This document shows positions 51,789-61,078 of a stretch of DNA of 64,000 nucleotides, piece after piece. The number at the start of each line of letters is the position of its first letter. Position 1 is the first letter of the stretch. A program made the position numbers and the translations under genes. The stretch covers positions 5,953-69,952 of the forward strand of contig LKML01000001.1 in NCBI GenBank assembly GCA_001563795.1. The letters are read 5' to 3'. Below the pieces are notes generated by a model. That model saw only the letters and a list, made by a program, of their open reading frames with translations. It ran no database searches and was not told the DNA's origin. This DNA is from Haloferacaceae archaeon B1-Br10_E2g22. GTDB taxonomy: Archaea > Halobacteriota > Halobacteria > Halobacteriales > Haloferacaceae.

Positions 51789-52958
51789 ATGAGTACTGTT
51801 CGTATTGCCGGTGTCGGTCTCACTCCGTTCGGTGCCCACAGCGACCGTACTGGCCGCGAGTTGTTTGCGGCAGCCGCGCTGGCGGCTCTCGAGGACAGCA
51901 GCGTCGATCGGACGGCCGTCGAGCAACTGAACTACGGTAACTTCATGGGCGCATTGGCCGAAAACCAGGGCCATCAGGCCCCGCTAATGGCCGAAGCCGC
52001 CGGACTGCAGTGTCCAGCGACCCGGTATGAGCAAGCGTGTGCGTCATCGGGCGTTGCAATCCGTGAGGCGGTTCGGCTGATCCGTTCGGGTGAGACAGAT
52101 GTGGTCGTCGCCGGCGGCATGGAGCGGATGACGACGCTCGATACCAGCACGGTGACCGCCGCCTTGGCGATTGCGGCCGACGAACTGTATGAGGTACGGG
52201 CTGGGGTCACTTTCCCGAGTGCGTACGCGTTGATGGCTCGAGCCTACTTTGAGCAGTTCGGCGGTGACCGCGAGGATCTGGCCCACATTGCGGTCAAAAA
52301 CCATGCCAATGCCGTCGAAAACGAGTACGCCCAGTATCAAAATGAGATCACACTTACCGAAGCCCTCGAGAGCCCGCCGGTTGCTACGCCCCTGCATCTG
52401 TACGATGCCTGCCCGATTACTGACGGTGCCAGTGCGGTCGTGTTGGTCTCTGAGGAGTATGCCGATGCTCACGGACTCGCTGCGCCAGTTTCGATTGCCG
52501 GCAGCGGCCAGGGAGGCGACAACCTCGCACTGCAGGATCGCAAGAAGATGGCCCAGACACCAGCTACGGCGGCCGCCGCCGAGGAAGCCTACGCCGACGC
52601 CGGAATCACGGCCACAGACGTCGAGTTTGCAGAAGTCCACGACTGCTTTACCATTGCTGAAGTACTCGCTATCGAATCGCTCGGGCTGTTCGAGACGGGC
52701 GAAGGGATTTCGGCCGCCCGCGAGGGCAAAACAACCGCCGACGGCGAGGTTCCGGTCAACCTTTCGGGAGGACTCAAAGCCAAGGGTCATCCGGTCGGCG
52801 CAACGGGTGGCAGCCAAATCGTCGAGGTCACTCGCCTGCTGCGGGGTGACCATCCCAACAGTGACGTGCTCGATGACCCAACGGTCGGCCTCACCCACAA
52901 CGCTGGCGGAACGGTTGCCAGTGCAGTTGTCCATGTTTTGGAGGCAACAAATGAGTAA
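51789..52958 (+). CDS. Acetyl-CoA acetyltransferase (archaeal thiolase)
   Basis: EQACASSG, KNHANA, ITDGA, EVHDCF, GHPVGATG, HNAGG; start at 51789. Confidence 0.92.
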   Translation: MSTVRIAGVGLTPFGAHSDRTGRELFAAAALAALEDSSVDRTAVEQLNYGNFMGALAENQGHQAPLMAEAAGLQCPATRYEQACASSGVAIREAVRLIRSGETDVVVAGGMERMTTLDTSTVTAALAIAADELYEVRAGVTFPSAYALMARAYFEQFGGDREDLAHIAVKNHANAVENEYAQYQNEITLTEALESPPVATPLHLYDACPITDGASAVVLVSEEYADAHGLAAPVSIAGSGQGGDNLALQDRKKMAQTPATAAAAEEAYADAGITATDVEFAEVHDCFTIAEVLAIESLGLFETGEGISAAREGKTTADGEVPVNLSGGLKAKGHPVGATGGSQIVEVTRLLRGDHPNSDVLDDPTVGLTHNAGGTVASAVVHVLEATNE

Positions 52959-53346
52959 TCATATCACATCCGAACAGCCAGCAACGTACGACGAGTGGCT
53001 CGAGGCCATCGCGGACGGCGAAGCCTTTTATTTGGCCTCTCCCGAGGGTCACGGCTCGTTGCCGCCGCGACGAGTCTGCCCACACTCCGGTTCAACTGAT
53101 CTCACACAAAAGCCACTGCCGGAGACCGGAACCCTCGAGACTTACACTGTCGTCCACGTCGCAGCCGAGACGTTCAGCGACGACACGCCGTATGTGAGTG
53201 CCGTCGTCGACTTCGGGCCGGTCGAACTCACCGGCGTGATACGTGGTCTCGACCCGGCGTCGGTCAGTGTCGGCGATGAACTGACCGTCACCGTCGAGAC
53301 TCGTGAGACAACTGACGACCGGCTGGTCGTCTTCCGGCCTGTGTAA
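52951..53346 (+). CDS. DUF35 Zn-ribbon/OB-fold thiolase partner
   Basis: Overlaps thiolase stop; LPPRRVCP, GTLETYTVVH, PY..AVVDF. Confidence 0.88.
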   Translation: MSNHITSEQPATYDEWLEAIADGEAFYLASPEGHGSLPPRRVCPHSGSTDLTQKPLPETGTLETYTVVHVAAETFSDDTPYVSAVVDFGPVELTGVIRGLDPASVSVGDELTVTVETRETTDDRLVVFRPV

Positions 53347-53366
53347 GCACAACCACCAAGTGAGCC

Positions 53367-54314
53367 TTAGGCGGTTGGCTCGAGATGGCCGTTGACGTGT
53401 TCGTCGACGACATCGATGAACTCCTCGGGAAACTCGACGTGGGGCAAAAGCAGTGTACGATCAAAGACGACGAGCGTCGCGTTGGCTTCGTCGGCCAGCT
53501 CGCGGCCCGTTTCGAGCGGCGTGATGTCTGCATCCCGGCCCCAGACAATGGTCGTCGGCACCTCGAGGCTGTCAATTGCTGCGGCCAGATCCAGGTCGCT
53601 GTTGAGATAGCCGCTGATGAACGACGCTGGGGCAAAGCGAGCGTTTGGCTGGTGGGCTGTCTGCCATTCGTAGGCTTGCCAGTCGTCGCCGGCCTTGCTC
53701 GGGTCGTAGTAGCCGTGGTCGGCGTTGAAGTACCGAATCGAGCGCCGGGAAGTAATGAGGTTGAACAGCCCCTCGCCGATGACCGGCGAGCGAATCAGCT
53801 GTCTGAGCCACTGTTTCGGCGGTTCGGGGCCGGCTTGTGCGGTCGGACAAATCAGGAGCAACTTCTCGAGGGTGTGGCTGTCGGCTTCGGTTAGTGCCGA
53901 CAGTGTGTAGGCCGCCGACAGCGAGGAGGCGACAACCGCTTGCGGTTCGAATTTCGACAGCACATCGCCGACGAACGTGGTGTACAGCCGTGCGGAATAC
54001 TGCAGCGGTGGCCGATCAGAACAGCCATAGCCGGGCAGATCCGGCGCAACAACGTGGTAGTCCGCAGCTAGCTGTTCGAAGACTGCTCTGAACTCGCCGC
54101 TCGAGCCAGCAGCGTTGATGCCGTGGAGCAACACGAGCGTCGGGTCGTCTGGATCGCCGGCTTCGGTGTAGGCGACATCGATGCCGCGCCAGCGATACTG
54201 TTGGTCTCGACCCTCAAGTGCTGCAGGGAGGTCTGCCGACGAGCGGAGACGGCGGTTGGCCGCGACAATTCCACCGACAGCAACCAGCGGTGTGAGGAAC
54301 TTGCGGAACGACAT
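53367..54314 (-). CDS. Alpha/beta hydrolase
   Basis: LLHGINAAGS, PDLPGYG, VASSLS, VWGRDA, LLPHVE. Confidence 0.88.
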   Translation of the reverse strand: MSFRKFLTPLVAVGGIVAANRRLRSSADLPAALEGRDQQYRWRGIDVAYTEAGDPDDPTLVLLHGINAAGSSGEFRAVFEQLAADYHVVAPDLPGYGCSDRPPLQYSARLYTTFVGDVLSKFEPQAVVASSLSAAYTLSALTEADSHTLEKLLLICPTAQAGPEPPKQWLRQLIRSPVIGEGLFNLITSRRSIRYFNADHGYYDPSKAGDDWQAYEWQTAHQPNARFAPASFISGYLNSDLDLAAAIDSLEVPTTIVWGRDADITPLETGRELADEANATLVVFDRTLLLPHVEFPEEFIDVVDEHVNGHLEPTA

Positions 54315-54362
54315 ACTCTACGTTGGGCGGTGGGGAAGTTAACAGCAGTGCCGGTCGTAAAA

Positions 54363-54533
54363 CTAGTTCGTTGTCTGGTCGTAAGCCGCATCAAGTTGGT
54401 CGATCAGCTCGCCAATTGGTAGGTTGATCCCGAGTCGGCGGGCCGCAAGCGCGACCGGCAACAGGAGGATACCGAACACAACGGTGAGCTGGTACAGGGC
54501 AAACACGGTGAGCCGCGAGACCGATTCAATCAT
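54363..54533 (-). CDS. Small membrane protein (56 aa), not in ORF track
   Basis: MIESVSRLTVFALYQLTVVFGILLLPVALAARRLGINLPIGELIDQLDAAYDQTTN*; TTTATATA box about 30 nt upstream on the minus strand. Confidence 0.7.
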   Translation of the reverse strand: MIESVSRLTVFALYQLTVVFGILLLPVALAARRLGINLPIGELIDQLDAAYDQTTN

Positions 54534-54827
54534 AACCGTATCTGGACTGCTGGTGTCCCTCTATATAAACCTTCTTTCGTCAGTGAACGAGACACCCCGA
54601 CGCAGTACTGCGATTCAAGTAGAGTTGTACCGAGTGAAATGTCGCTGGTAAACTGTTGGCCGAGTCGAACCCAACAGTGTGGCTCATCAGGTGGATAGCC
54701 ATAAGTTATGAGAAACAATCGGTTTCCTTGCGCCTATTTGTGTCGGCTAGTGACACGGTTACGGGGCTTTTTGTCCCAACGCGTCTGAACCACAAGACAC
54801 GAAACCCTACGGCCCCCAGAGCCAACA

Positions 54828-55187
54828 ATGAGTAACTATCTCGTTGCGATGGAAGCTGCATGGTTGGTTCGTGATGTCGAAGATATCGACGACGCTATTG
54901 GCGTTGCCGTCTCGTCTGCCGGCAAACGGCTCAACCAACAGAACAAAGAGTATGTCGACGTAGAAGTCGGCGTGACGGGCTGTCCGGCCTGTGGCGAACC
55001 GTTCGATTCGGCGTTTATCGCTGCCAACACCGCACTTGTCGGATTGCTGCTCGAGATCGACATTTTCAACGCCGACAGCGTCGAACACGCCTCAAGAATC
55101 GCCAAAAGCGAAGTCGGCGGTGCGCTCAGAGATGTTCCACTGACGGTGATCGATGTCATAGAAACCGACCCTGGTGACGACGAGTAA
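54828..55187 (+). CDS. DUF555 (UPF0212) family protein
   Basis: YLVAMEAAWLVRDV..DDAIGVAVS..CPACGE..TALVGL..RIAKSEVG. Confidence 0.88.
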   Translation: MSNYLVAMEAAWLVRDVEDIDDAIGVAVSSAGKRLNQQNKEYVDVEVGVTGCPACGEPFDSAFIAANTALVGLLLEIDIFNADSVEHASRIAKSEVGGALRDVPLTVIDVIETDPGDDE

Positions 55188-55255
55188 CCTGTGTGTCTCG
55201 CCCGTCGACTGCCACCGACGAAAGGTTTTCAAATAACTTCGAGTAATAGGTCAGT

Positions 55256-55795
55256 ATGGAACTGCCGACGCCACAGGATCTCAGGGAACGCCGTACCGCC
55301 CTCGGGTTAACCCAGAGTTCACTCGCAGAGGCTGCTGGCGTCTCCCAGCCACTTATCGCTCGCATCGAAGGCGGTGACGTCGACCCGCGACTCTCGACGC
55401 TTCGGCGGATCGTCAACGCGCTTGATGAGGCTGAAGGCGAAGTCGTCCGGGCAGCGGATCTGATGCATAAGGCTGTTGTCTCGGTTGCACCTGATGATGC
55501 GGTTAGCGAGGCGATCGAGACGATGAAAGCCGAGGCCTACTCACAGTTGCCCGTCTTGCAGAACGGAATCCCAGTCGGTTCGATCAGTCAGGGAGATGTG
55601 ATACAGGCAGGCGAAGACGTCGGTACCTACCCGGTCAGCGAACTCATGAGCGAGTCGTTTCCGACGGTTGCGACGGATGCGACCGTTGATGAGATCCGAA
55701 ACCTGCTAGAACACTACAAAGCCGTGATGGTTACCGAAGGCGGCGAGACAGTCGGAATCATCACCGAGGCGGATATCGCTGCCCAACTGTCGTAG
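55256..55795 (+). CDS. XRE-HTH plus tandem CBS domain regulator
   Basis: LTQSSLAEAAGVSQPLIARIEGGDVDPRLSTL followed by two CBS repeats. Confidence 0.92.
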   Translation: MELPTPQDLRERRTALGLTQSSLAEAAGVSQPLIARIEGGDVDPRLSTLRRIVNALDEAEGEVVRAADLMHKAVVSVAPDDAVSEAIETMKAEAYSQLPVLQNGIPVGSISQGDVIQAGEDVGTYPVSELMSESFPTVATDATVDEIRNLLEHYKAVMVTEGGETVGIITEADIAAQLS

Positions 55796-55890
55796 GTGAC
55801 TGACCGTGGTTCCTCACCGCGGCGTGTGTTGGTCTGTCGAACGGGCGGCCGAAGGGTAATCTCTTTTAGCCGGACTCTACGAGAGGTAGT

Positions 55891-56469
55891 ATGTTACTCA
55901 CCGTCTCTGGGCCGCCCGGCAGCGGCAAGAGCACTAACGCTGCAGTTCTTGCCAAGCGGTTCGATCTCGAGCATATCAGCGGCGGCGATATCTTCCGCGA
56001 ACTCGCCGACGAACGCGGCTACAGCCCCGTCGAATTCAACGAGTTGGCCGAAGACGACGACCAGATCGACCGGGATCTGGATCGCCGCCTACAGGAGATC
56101 GCTATCGGCCGCGAGGACATCCTGCTCGAGTCTCGGCTTGCAGGCTGGCTGGCGGCTGACCACGCCGACCTCAAGATCTGGCTCGATGCGCCCAAGAACG
56201 TCAGAGCCGAACGCATTGCTGACCGCGAGGACAAATCGGTTGCCCGCGCACTCGAAGAGACCAGACGCCGCGAAGAAAGCGAGGCGCTACGGTACAATCA
56301 GTATTACAATATCGATATCGGGGATTTGACGATCTACGATATCACCGTCAACACGGGTCGATGGGGGCCGAAAGCGGTCCAAACAATGCTTGCGACAACT
56401 GTCGAGGCCTATGATCCCACTGTCGACGAGGGGAAAGTGCCGGTCGAAGATGTCGTCTACGATTTTTAA
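55891..56469 (+). CDS. cmk: Cytidylate kinase
   Basis: [27 protein letters not shown]. Confidence 0.94.
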   Translation: MLLTVSGPPGSGKSTNAAVLAKRFDLEHISGGDIFRELADERGYSPVEFNELAEDDDQIDRDLDRRLQEIAIGREDILLESRLAGWLAADHADLKIWLDAPKNVRAERIADREDKSVARALEETRRREESEALRYNQYYNIDIGDLTIYDITVNTGRWGPKAVQTMLATTVEAYDPTVDEGKVPVEDVVYDF

Positions 56470-56490
56470 CTATGTTGCTTTCTGGAACTG

Positions 56491-57405
56491 ATGACTGATC
56501 GACTTCGCCCCGCACCAACCGAACGGTCGCTCGCTGAGCTGCTTTCGTTCAGTGTGGTCAATCTTGATAAACCCGCTGGCCCCTCGGCGCATCAGGTCGC
56601 CGGCTGGGTTCGTGATCTGGCCGACGATGCGGCCACTGAGTTAGATCCATCGGGGCCGGCTGTTGATCGTGCGGCCCACGCAGGAACGCTTGATCCAAAA
56701 GTCACCGGCTGTCTGCCCCTGTTGTTAGGCGAGGCAACTCGCATGGCTCAGGTGTTTCTGGAAGGACGAAAAGAGTATGTTTCGGTGCTTGAACTGCATG
56801 GGCCTCCACCGACGAACCTCGAGTCGGTTCTCGAAACGTTCGAAGCGCCACTCTACCAGAAACCGCCGCGCAAAAGCGCGGTGAGCCGCCGACTGCGCGT
56901 CCGCGAGATCTACGAACTTTCGCTGCTTGACGTTCGAGACCGACAGGCGCTCGTTCGGGTTCAGTGTGAAAGCGGCACCTACATCCGAAAACTCTGTCAT
57001 GACCTCGGGCTTGCAGCAGGCACGGGCGGCCACATGGGCCATCTACGGCGGACTGCGACCGATCCGTTCGACGACTCGTCGCTTGTGAACTTACAGGAGT
57101 TCGTTGACGGACTCGTCTTTGCCCAAGAGGGCGACGAGACGTTGCTTCGAGAAATCCTCAACCCCGCTGAGCGCGCGTTGGCTCATCTGCCGAGCGTGAC
57201 GATTGCTCCATCTGCGGCCCGCAACGTTGCAACCGGCGCACCTGTTTATGCACCCGGTGTGATTAGTGCGGACGACGATATCGAGATGGGCGCACTCGTG
57301 GCCTGTTATACACCCAACGGAAGTGCGGTCTGTCTGGGATCGATGGCCGGTGACCCTGCTGGTGACTCTGGGGTTGTTGTCGACCTCGAGGCCGTGTTGG
57401 TCTGA
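56491..57405 (+). CDS. cbf5: RNA-guided pseudouridine synthase Cbf5
   Basis: LDKPAGP, HAGTLDPKVTG, QKPP..SAV, GTYIRKLCHD, C-terminal PUA domain. Confidence 0.95.
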   Translation: MTDRLRPAPTERSLAELLSFSVVNLDKPAGPSAHQVAGWVRDLADDAATELDPSGPAVDRAAHAGTLDPKVTGCLPLLLGEATRMAQVFLEGRKEYVSVLELHGPPPTNLESVLETFEAPLYQKPPRKSAVSRRLRVREIYELSLLDVRDRQALVRVQCESGTYIRKLCHDLGLAAGTGGHMGHLRRTATDPFDDSSLVNLQEFVDGLVFAQEGDETLLREILNPAERALAHLPSVTIAPSAARNVATGAPVYAPGVISADDDIEMGALVACYTPNGSAVCLGSMAGDPAGDSGVVVDLEAVLV

Positions 57406-57475
57406 TTGGTGTGACAGATAACACGTCTGCACAGTCGGAAGAACACTCTTTGTGTAACTGGTTGATGTCTGTGGT

Positions 57476-58315
57476 ATGTCACTCGTTCGCCACGGCACAG
57501 GTCTGTCAGCGCTCGTCTTAGGGTTTCTCTCGCAGATTCATCCCGTTTTTATGTTGCCTCCGGTGGCAGCCTCGGCGTTCGGTGCGGTGCTGGCCGTCGA
57601 GTTTTCGGTTCCACTGGCGGCACTGCACATGACGACGGCGTTCTGTGCGCTGTACGTTGCGCATCTCAAAGACGGCTACGTTGATTTCCATCGCCGAGGT
57701 GAAGACGACGACCATCCGCTTTCGGCTCGAGGCTGTCGAGTCGGGCTGGTCGGTGCCTCGAGTGTATTCTTCCTCGGTTGTGGGGCACTTTGGTATCTGG
57801 TTGATCCGATTGCGAGCCTGTTGACGCTGCCGGGCTGGCTGATTGGTTACCACCATGCCCCGCAGTTAGACCTCACTCCGGTAGGCGCAACTGCGGGGTA
57901 TCCCGTCGGCATCGGCATCGCACTGCTTGGTGGCTACTACGTCCAGACGACCACGCTGACGGGGGCTGTGGTTGCGTACGCCGTCGTTTTTACTGTGATT
58001 CTGTGTGGAATCAAGACGATTGACGACGCGACCGACTACGCCTACGACAAATCTATCGGAAAGCGAACGGTCGCAGTCGTGGTGGGCCGACGGCGTGCCC
58101 GGCGGTTTGCTGAGGGGTTCATGCTCGCTGGAATGGGAGCAACACTCCTGTTGGCGCTGGTCGGTGTGTTTCCACTGGCTGCGGGAGTTGCACCAATGGT
58201 GTTTGGTAGTATCTTGGCGCTCGCACGTCGGGCCCCACCACGGGAGGCGACAATGCTGTTGATTCGTGGGTCGTATCTGTTCTTAGCCGTACTCGTCGTC
58301 GCAGCATGGTTCTAG
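57476..58315 (+). CDS. UbiA-family prenyltransferase
   Basis: Multi-TM with Asp-rich motifs HLKDGYVD..GEDDD and IDDATDYAYD..GKRT. Confidence 0.85.
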   Translation: MSLVRHGTGLSALVLGFLSQIHPVFMLPPVAASAFGAVLAVEFSVPLAALHMTTAFCALYVAHLKDGYVDFHRRGEDDDHPLSARGCRVGLVGASSVFFLGCGALWYLVDPIASLLTLPGWLIGYHHAPQLDLTPVGATAGYPVGIGIALLGGYYVQTTTLTGAVVAYAVVFTVILCGIKTIDDATDYAYDKSIGKRTVAVVVGRRRARRFAEGFMLAGMGATLLLALVGVFPLAAGVAPMVFGSILALARRAPPREATMLLIRGSYLFLAVLVVAAWF

Positions 58316-58588
58316 CCGCTCGAGTAGTCGGTTGCTCATCCGGTCTCGGAATGTACTGCCAACCGAGACTGTACTCGAGGGTGATTCTTTGGACAAGAGT
58401 TATTTTACTGCATTATTAATAGTTAAGGTATGGATGAAACTGACCGTACTGACTCGGAATACCTACCTACTGAGTCGGACTGCAGTACACCACAGAAGCT
58501 AATATTCGAATCAGAGCTGTGGATCGAATGTCCAAAGGACAAATACTGACGCCCGGGGTTTTTTGCGGTTGTGCCGACCACACGGACT

Positions 58589-58894
58589 ATGGTTGACATC
58601 TCCGTGTTTGGTCGGTACACCTATCTTGCAACCGAACTGTTTTGGGGAGTAGTTGCCGCAGCGTTGCTCCGCCGAAGCGGCTCGGAGCGTCTGGCCGTTC
58701 GGACAATACTGGTGTTGTATCCACTTGGGTATCTGTGGGATCGGTACACACTGAATGTTGGTATCTTTGAGATTCCACTTCGAACCGGCATCGACGTCGC
58801 AGGTATCCCACTGGAGGAACATTTGTTTATGCTTGTGGTACCCTCTATGGTTGTCGGCGTCCACGAAACGCTATCTGAGATGGACGCTACCTGA
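58589..58894 (+). CDS. Single-domain membrane lycopene-cyclase-like protein
   Basis: YTYL, LWD, GIF, GIPLEEHLF motif; three TM helices. Confidence 0.8.
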   Translation: MVDISVFGRYTYLATELFWGVVAAALLRRSGSERLAVRTILVLYPLGYLWDRYTLNVGIFEIPLRTGIDVAGIPLEEHLFMLVVPSMVVGVHETLSEMDAT

Positions 58895-58979
58895 CCGGCT
58901 CAAAGAATGGAATCGCCGGACGGAAGCCGAGTTAACGAAACGAAGGGCTTAAACAACTCACTCGCGTCTCTCACGATGC

Positions 58980-59050
58980 GGGACCGTGGGGTAGTGGTAT
59001 CCTATGCGGATGGGGTCCGTATGACCTGAGTTCGATTCTCGGCGGTCCCA
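58980..59050 (+). tRNA. tRNA-Pro (GGG)
   Basis: Acceptor GGGACCG/CGGTCCC-A, anticodon arm TGCGG ATGGGGT CCGTA, T arm CTGAG TTCGATT CTCGG; upstream CGAA..CTTAAA promoter. Confidence 0.95.
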
Positions 59051-59158
59051 TACGAAATTCTCTGGTTTTCATATCGCCGATTTTGTAAGTGCTGTCGAGT
59101 AATTTTCGAAGCGACCTGACTCTCTGATAGACGGGGACTATTTTCGTGGTCGTAGTGG

Positions 59159-59557
59159 CTATTCGACGATTTCAAGTGTTGTTTTGAGGTTGCGCGACAG
59201 TTCGGCTTCGAGATTCGGATACAGTCCAAACAGTTGGCCGAGCCGACGGCGAAAACGGCCGCGTTTGGTTTTCCCCACGATAACACGGTCGGCCGACTGT
59301 CTGGCAGCCTCGTCAATAATCGCCTCCTCGAGGACGTACCCTTGACGGACAATGTAGTGGGCCGGAATCTGTCCGAACTCGTTTTCAACAGCCGACCGGA
59401 ATTGTTGCCGAGTGAGTTTTGAGCCGTTCTGCAGGAGCCTCACATGCAAGACAATCAATGAATCATCGGCGTCGGATGCATACTCGAGTCCACGTTGGAT
59501 CGTTCGGTGGCCATCGTCCGAGAGCGGATACCGGATCGAAACGAGCGTGGTTGTCAC
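59159..59557 (-). CDS. Universal stress protein (UspA family)
   Basis: LIVLHV, GYVLEEAIIDEA, ADRVIVGK; GTG start inferred. Confidence 0.85.
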   Translation of the reverse strand: MTTTLVSIRYPLSDDGHRTIQRGLEYASDADDSLIVLHVRLLQNGSKLTRQQFRSAVENEFGQIPAHYIVRQGYVLEEAIIDEAARQSADRVIVGKTKRGRFRRRLGQLFGLYPNLEAELSRNLKTTLEIVE

Positions 59558-59825
59558 AACTGACCGTAGTTCGCATGCGTATTTATATTGCTCTTCGAAA
59601 ATCAACTCAGATAGTTACAACGCAGCGACCGTTTCGATGGGTAGTGGTTTCTTTTGAGGTCGCTTCGGGGATACCTCACTACGGTGTAGGCCAGTAGTTG
59701 GTTCTATCGCTCAGAGACACCGATATACTACTCTTAGAAACCCTGACACAGTATCGGTCGAAACAGTGTCAACTGTCGTATTCTCTGTGAAAATCTTATT
59801 ATAATACTCTTGGCTATCTGGAGAT

Positions 59826-60557
59826 GTGAAACTTGCTCGCGCTCGGACACCAGACGGAGTCGTTACGGGTACCTACGAGGATGGCATTCTCAAGACGGAC
59901 TCTGAGGTGTATGAACTCGATCCACAGACTGATCTCCTTGCACCTGTTCGTCCCTCGACACTGTACTGTGTCGGCCGGAACTACGCGGCGACCATAGACC
60001 AGATGAACTACGAACGTCCGTCAGAACCTGATTTCTTTATCAAACCGTCTGTCTCTACACACCCACCGGAAACACCGATCCCGTATCCAACCTTTTCAAC
60101 GGAGGTCACCTATGCTGGCGAACTTGCGGCTGTCGTTGACAAGCGAGCTAAGAACGTTGAGAAAGACCGCGTCGATGACATCCTCTGCGGCTATACAATT
60201 ATGAACGATGTGGACGCGCTCGATCAACCTGGGCGGACAGCACGAAAGGCTTTCGACAGCTCCGGGCCGCTTGGGCCGTGGATCGAGACTGACCTCGAGC
60301 CAGTTGGACTCGAGATGCACACGACAATCAACGGTGAAGAACGCCAGCGTTCGAACACCGAGTTGATGTTGTTCAAACCTCGCGAATTTATTTCGTATCT
60401 GTCTGCCCGTCTCACACTCCAGGCAGGCGATGTCATCGCCTTTGGAAGCCCCGCAAACCCCGGGCTGATTGAGCCTGGTGACGAGATTGAAATCACGTAT
60501 GACGGCATTGGCACGCTCCGAAATACGGTCGTCGAGTCTGAACACCCTGACCGATAG
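59826..60557 (+). CDS. Fumarylacetoacetate hydrolase family protein
   Basis: CVGRNY, FFIKP, YAGELA, GYTIMNDV, KAFD..GPLGPWI, GDVIAFG. Confidence 0.92.
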   Translation: MKLARARTPDGVVTGTYEDGILKTDSEVYELDPQTDLLAPVRPSTLYCVGRNYAATIDQMNYERPSEPDFFIKPSVSTHPPETPIPYPTFSTEVTYAGELAAVVDKRAKNVEKDRVDDILCGYTIMNDVDALDQPGRTARKAFDSSGPLGPWIETDLEPVGLEMHTTINGEERQRSNTELMLFKPREFISYLSARLTLQAGDVIAFGSPANPGLIEPGDEIEITYDGIGTLRNTVVESEHPDR

Positions 60558-60973
60558 TCTCAGACTTGCTCGAGATGTCGCTTGCTGAGAGACGCTCCCA
60601 CAGAGCAAGGAAGTCTCGCTGAACCGCAAGCAATCGAAATTGCACCAATTGAATAGTTCTGATAGCCTAAGGATATCATCTTCATACGGTCTCAGATGTT
60701 ATCCGGAATACTACCGGGCGACAATCTACTAGTAGACTTGATAAATGTGAAATCTATACCTTTGCTGTCTCAGAAACACGAGTACCTAATAATCACATTT
60801 TTACTTTAATTTTGAAACTCTGTGTCGTCAGTTCTTTGTGTAGTGAATTTGCGGGTGTTCGGCTCTGTTGAATCTTTCTGAATATAAGATGGCTGTCTAT
60901 TCATTAGGCAAAATAACTCTTTGGCGGGTCTTACGACCTCAAGAACAAACCTACTTGCACTAATGCAACCAAA

Positions 60974-61016
60974 CCAGTAATATTTAATACTGGCTTCAAC
61001 ACAGCATATGTTGCGG
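60974..61016 (+). promoter_or_regulatory. Probable nrdR-nrdBA promoter: TATA box inside an inverted repeat, followed by an NrdR-box-like site
   Basis: CCAGTA-ATATTTAA-TACTGG (60974-60993) and ACAGCATATGTTGCGG (61001-61016), an imperfect match to the bacterial NrdR box acaCwAtATaTwGtg. Confidence 0.4.
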
Positions 61017-61078
61017 GGAATTTGTTCCATCCCACACATACAGCAGTGGTATGGCAAAGGAAGCCGACTATCGAACAC

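Noticed and set aside
59744-59771. Inverted repeat TGACAC...GTGTCA upstream of the FAH gene
   Set aside because: Only 6 bp arms with a 16-bp spacer; could easily arise by chance
60806-61078. 90-aa minus-strand ORF upstream of nrdR
   Set aside because: Cys-rich, non-acidic, overlaps the nrdR promoter; likely spurious
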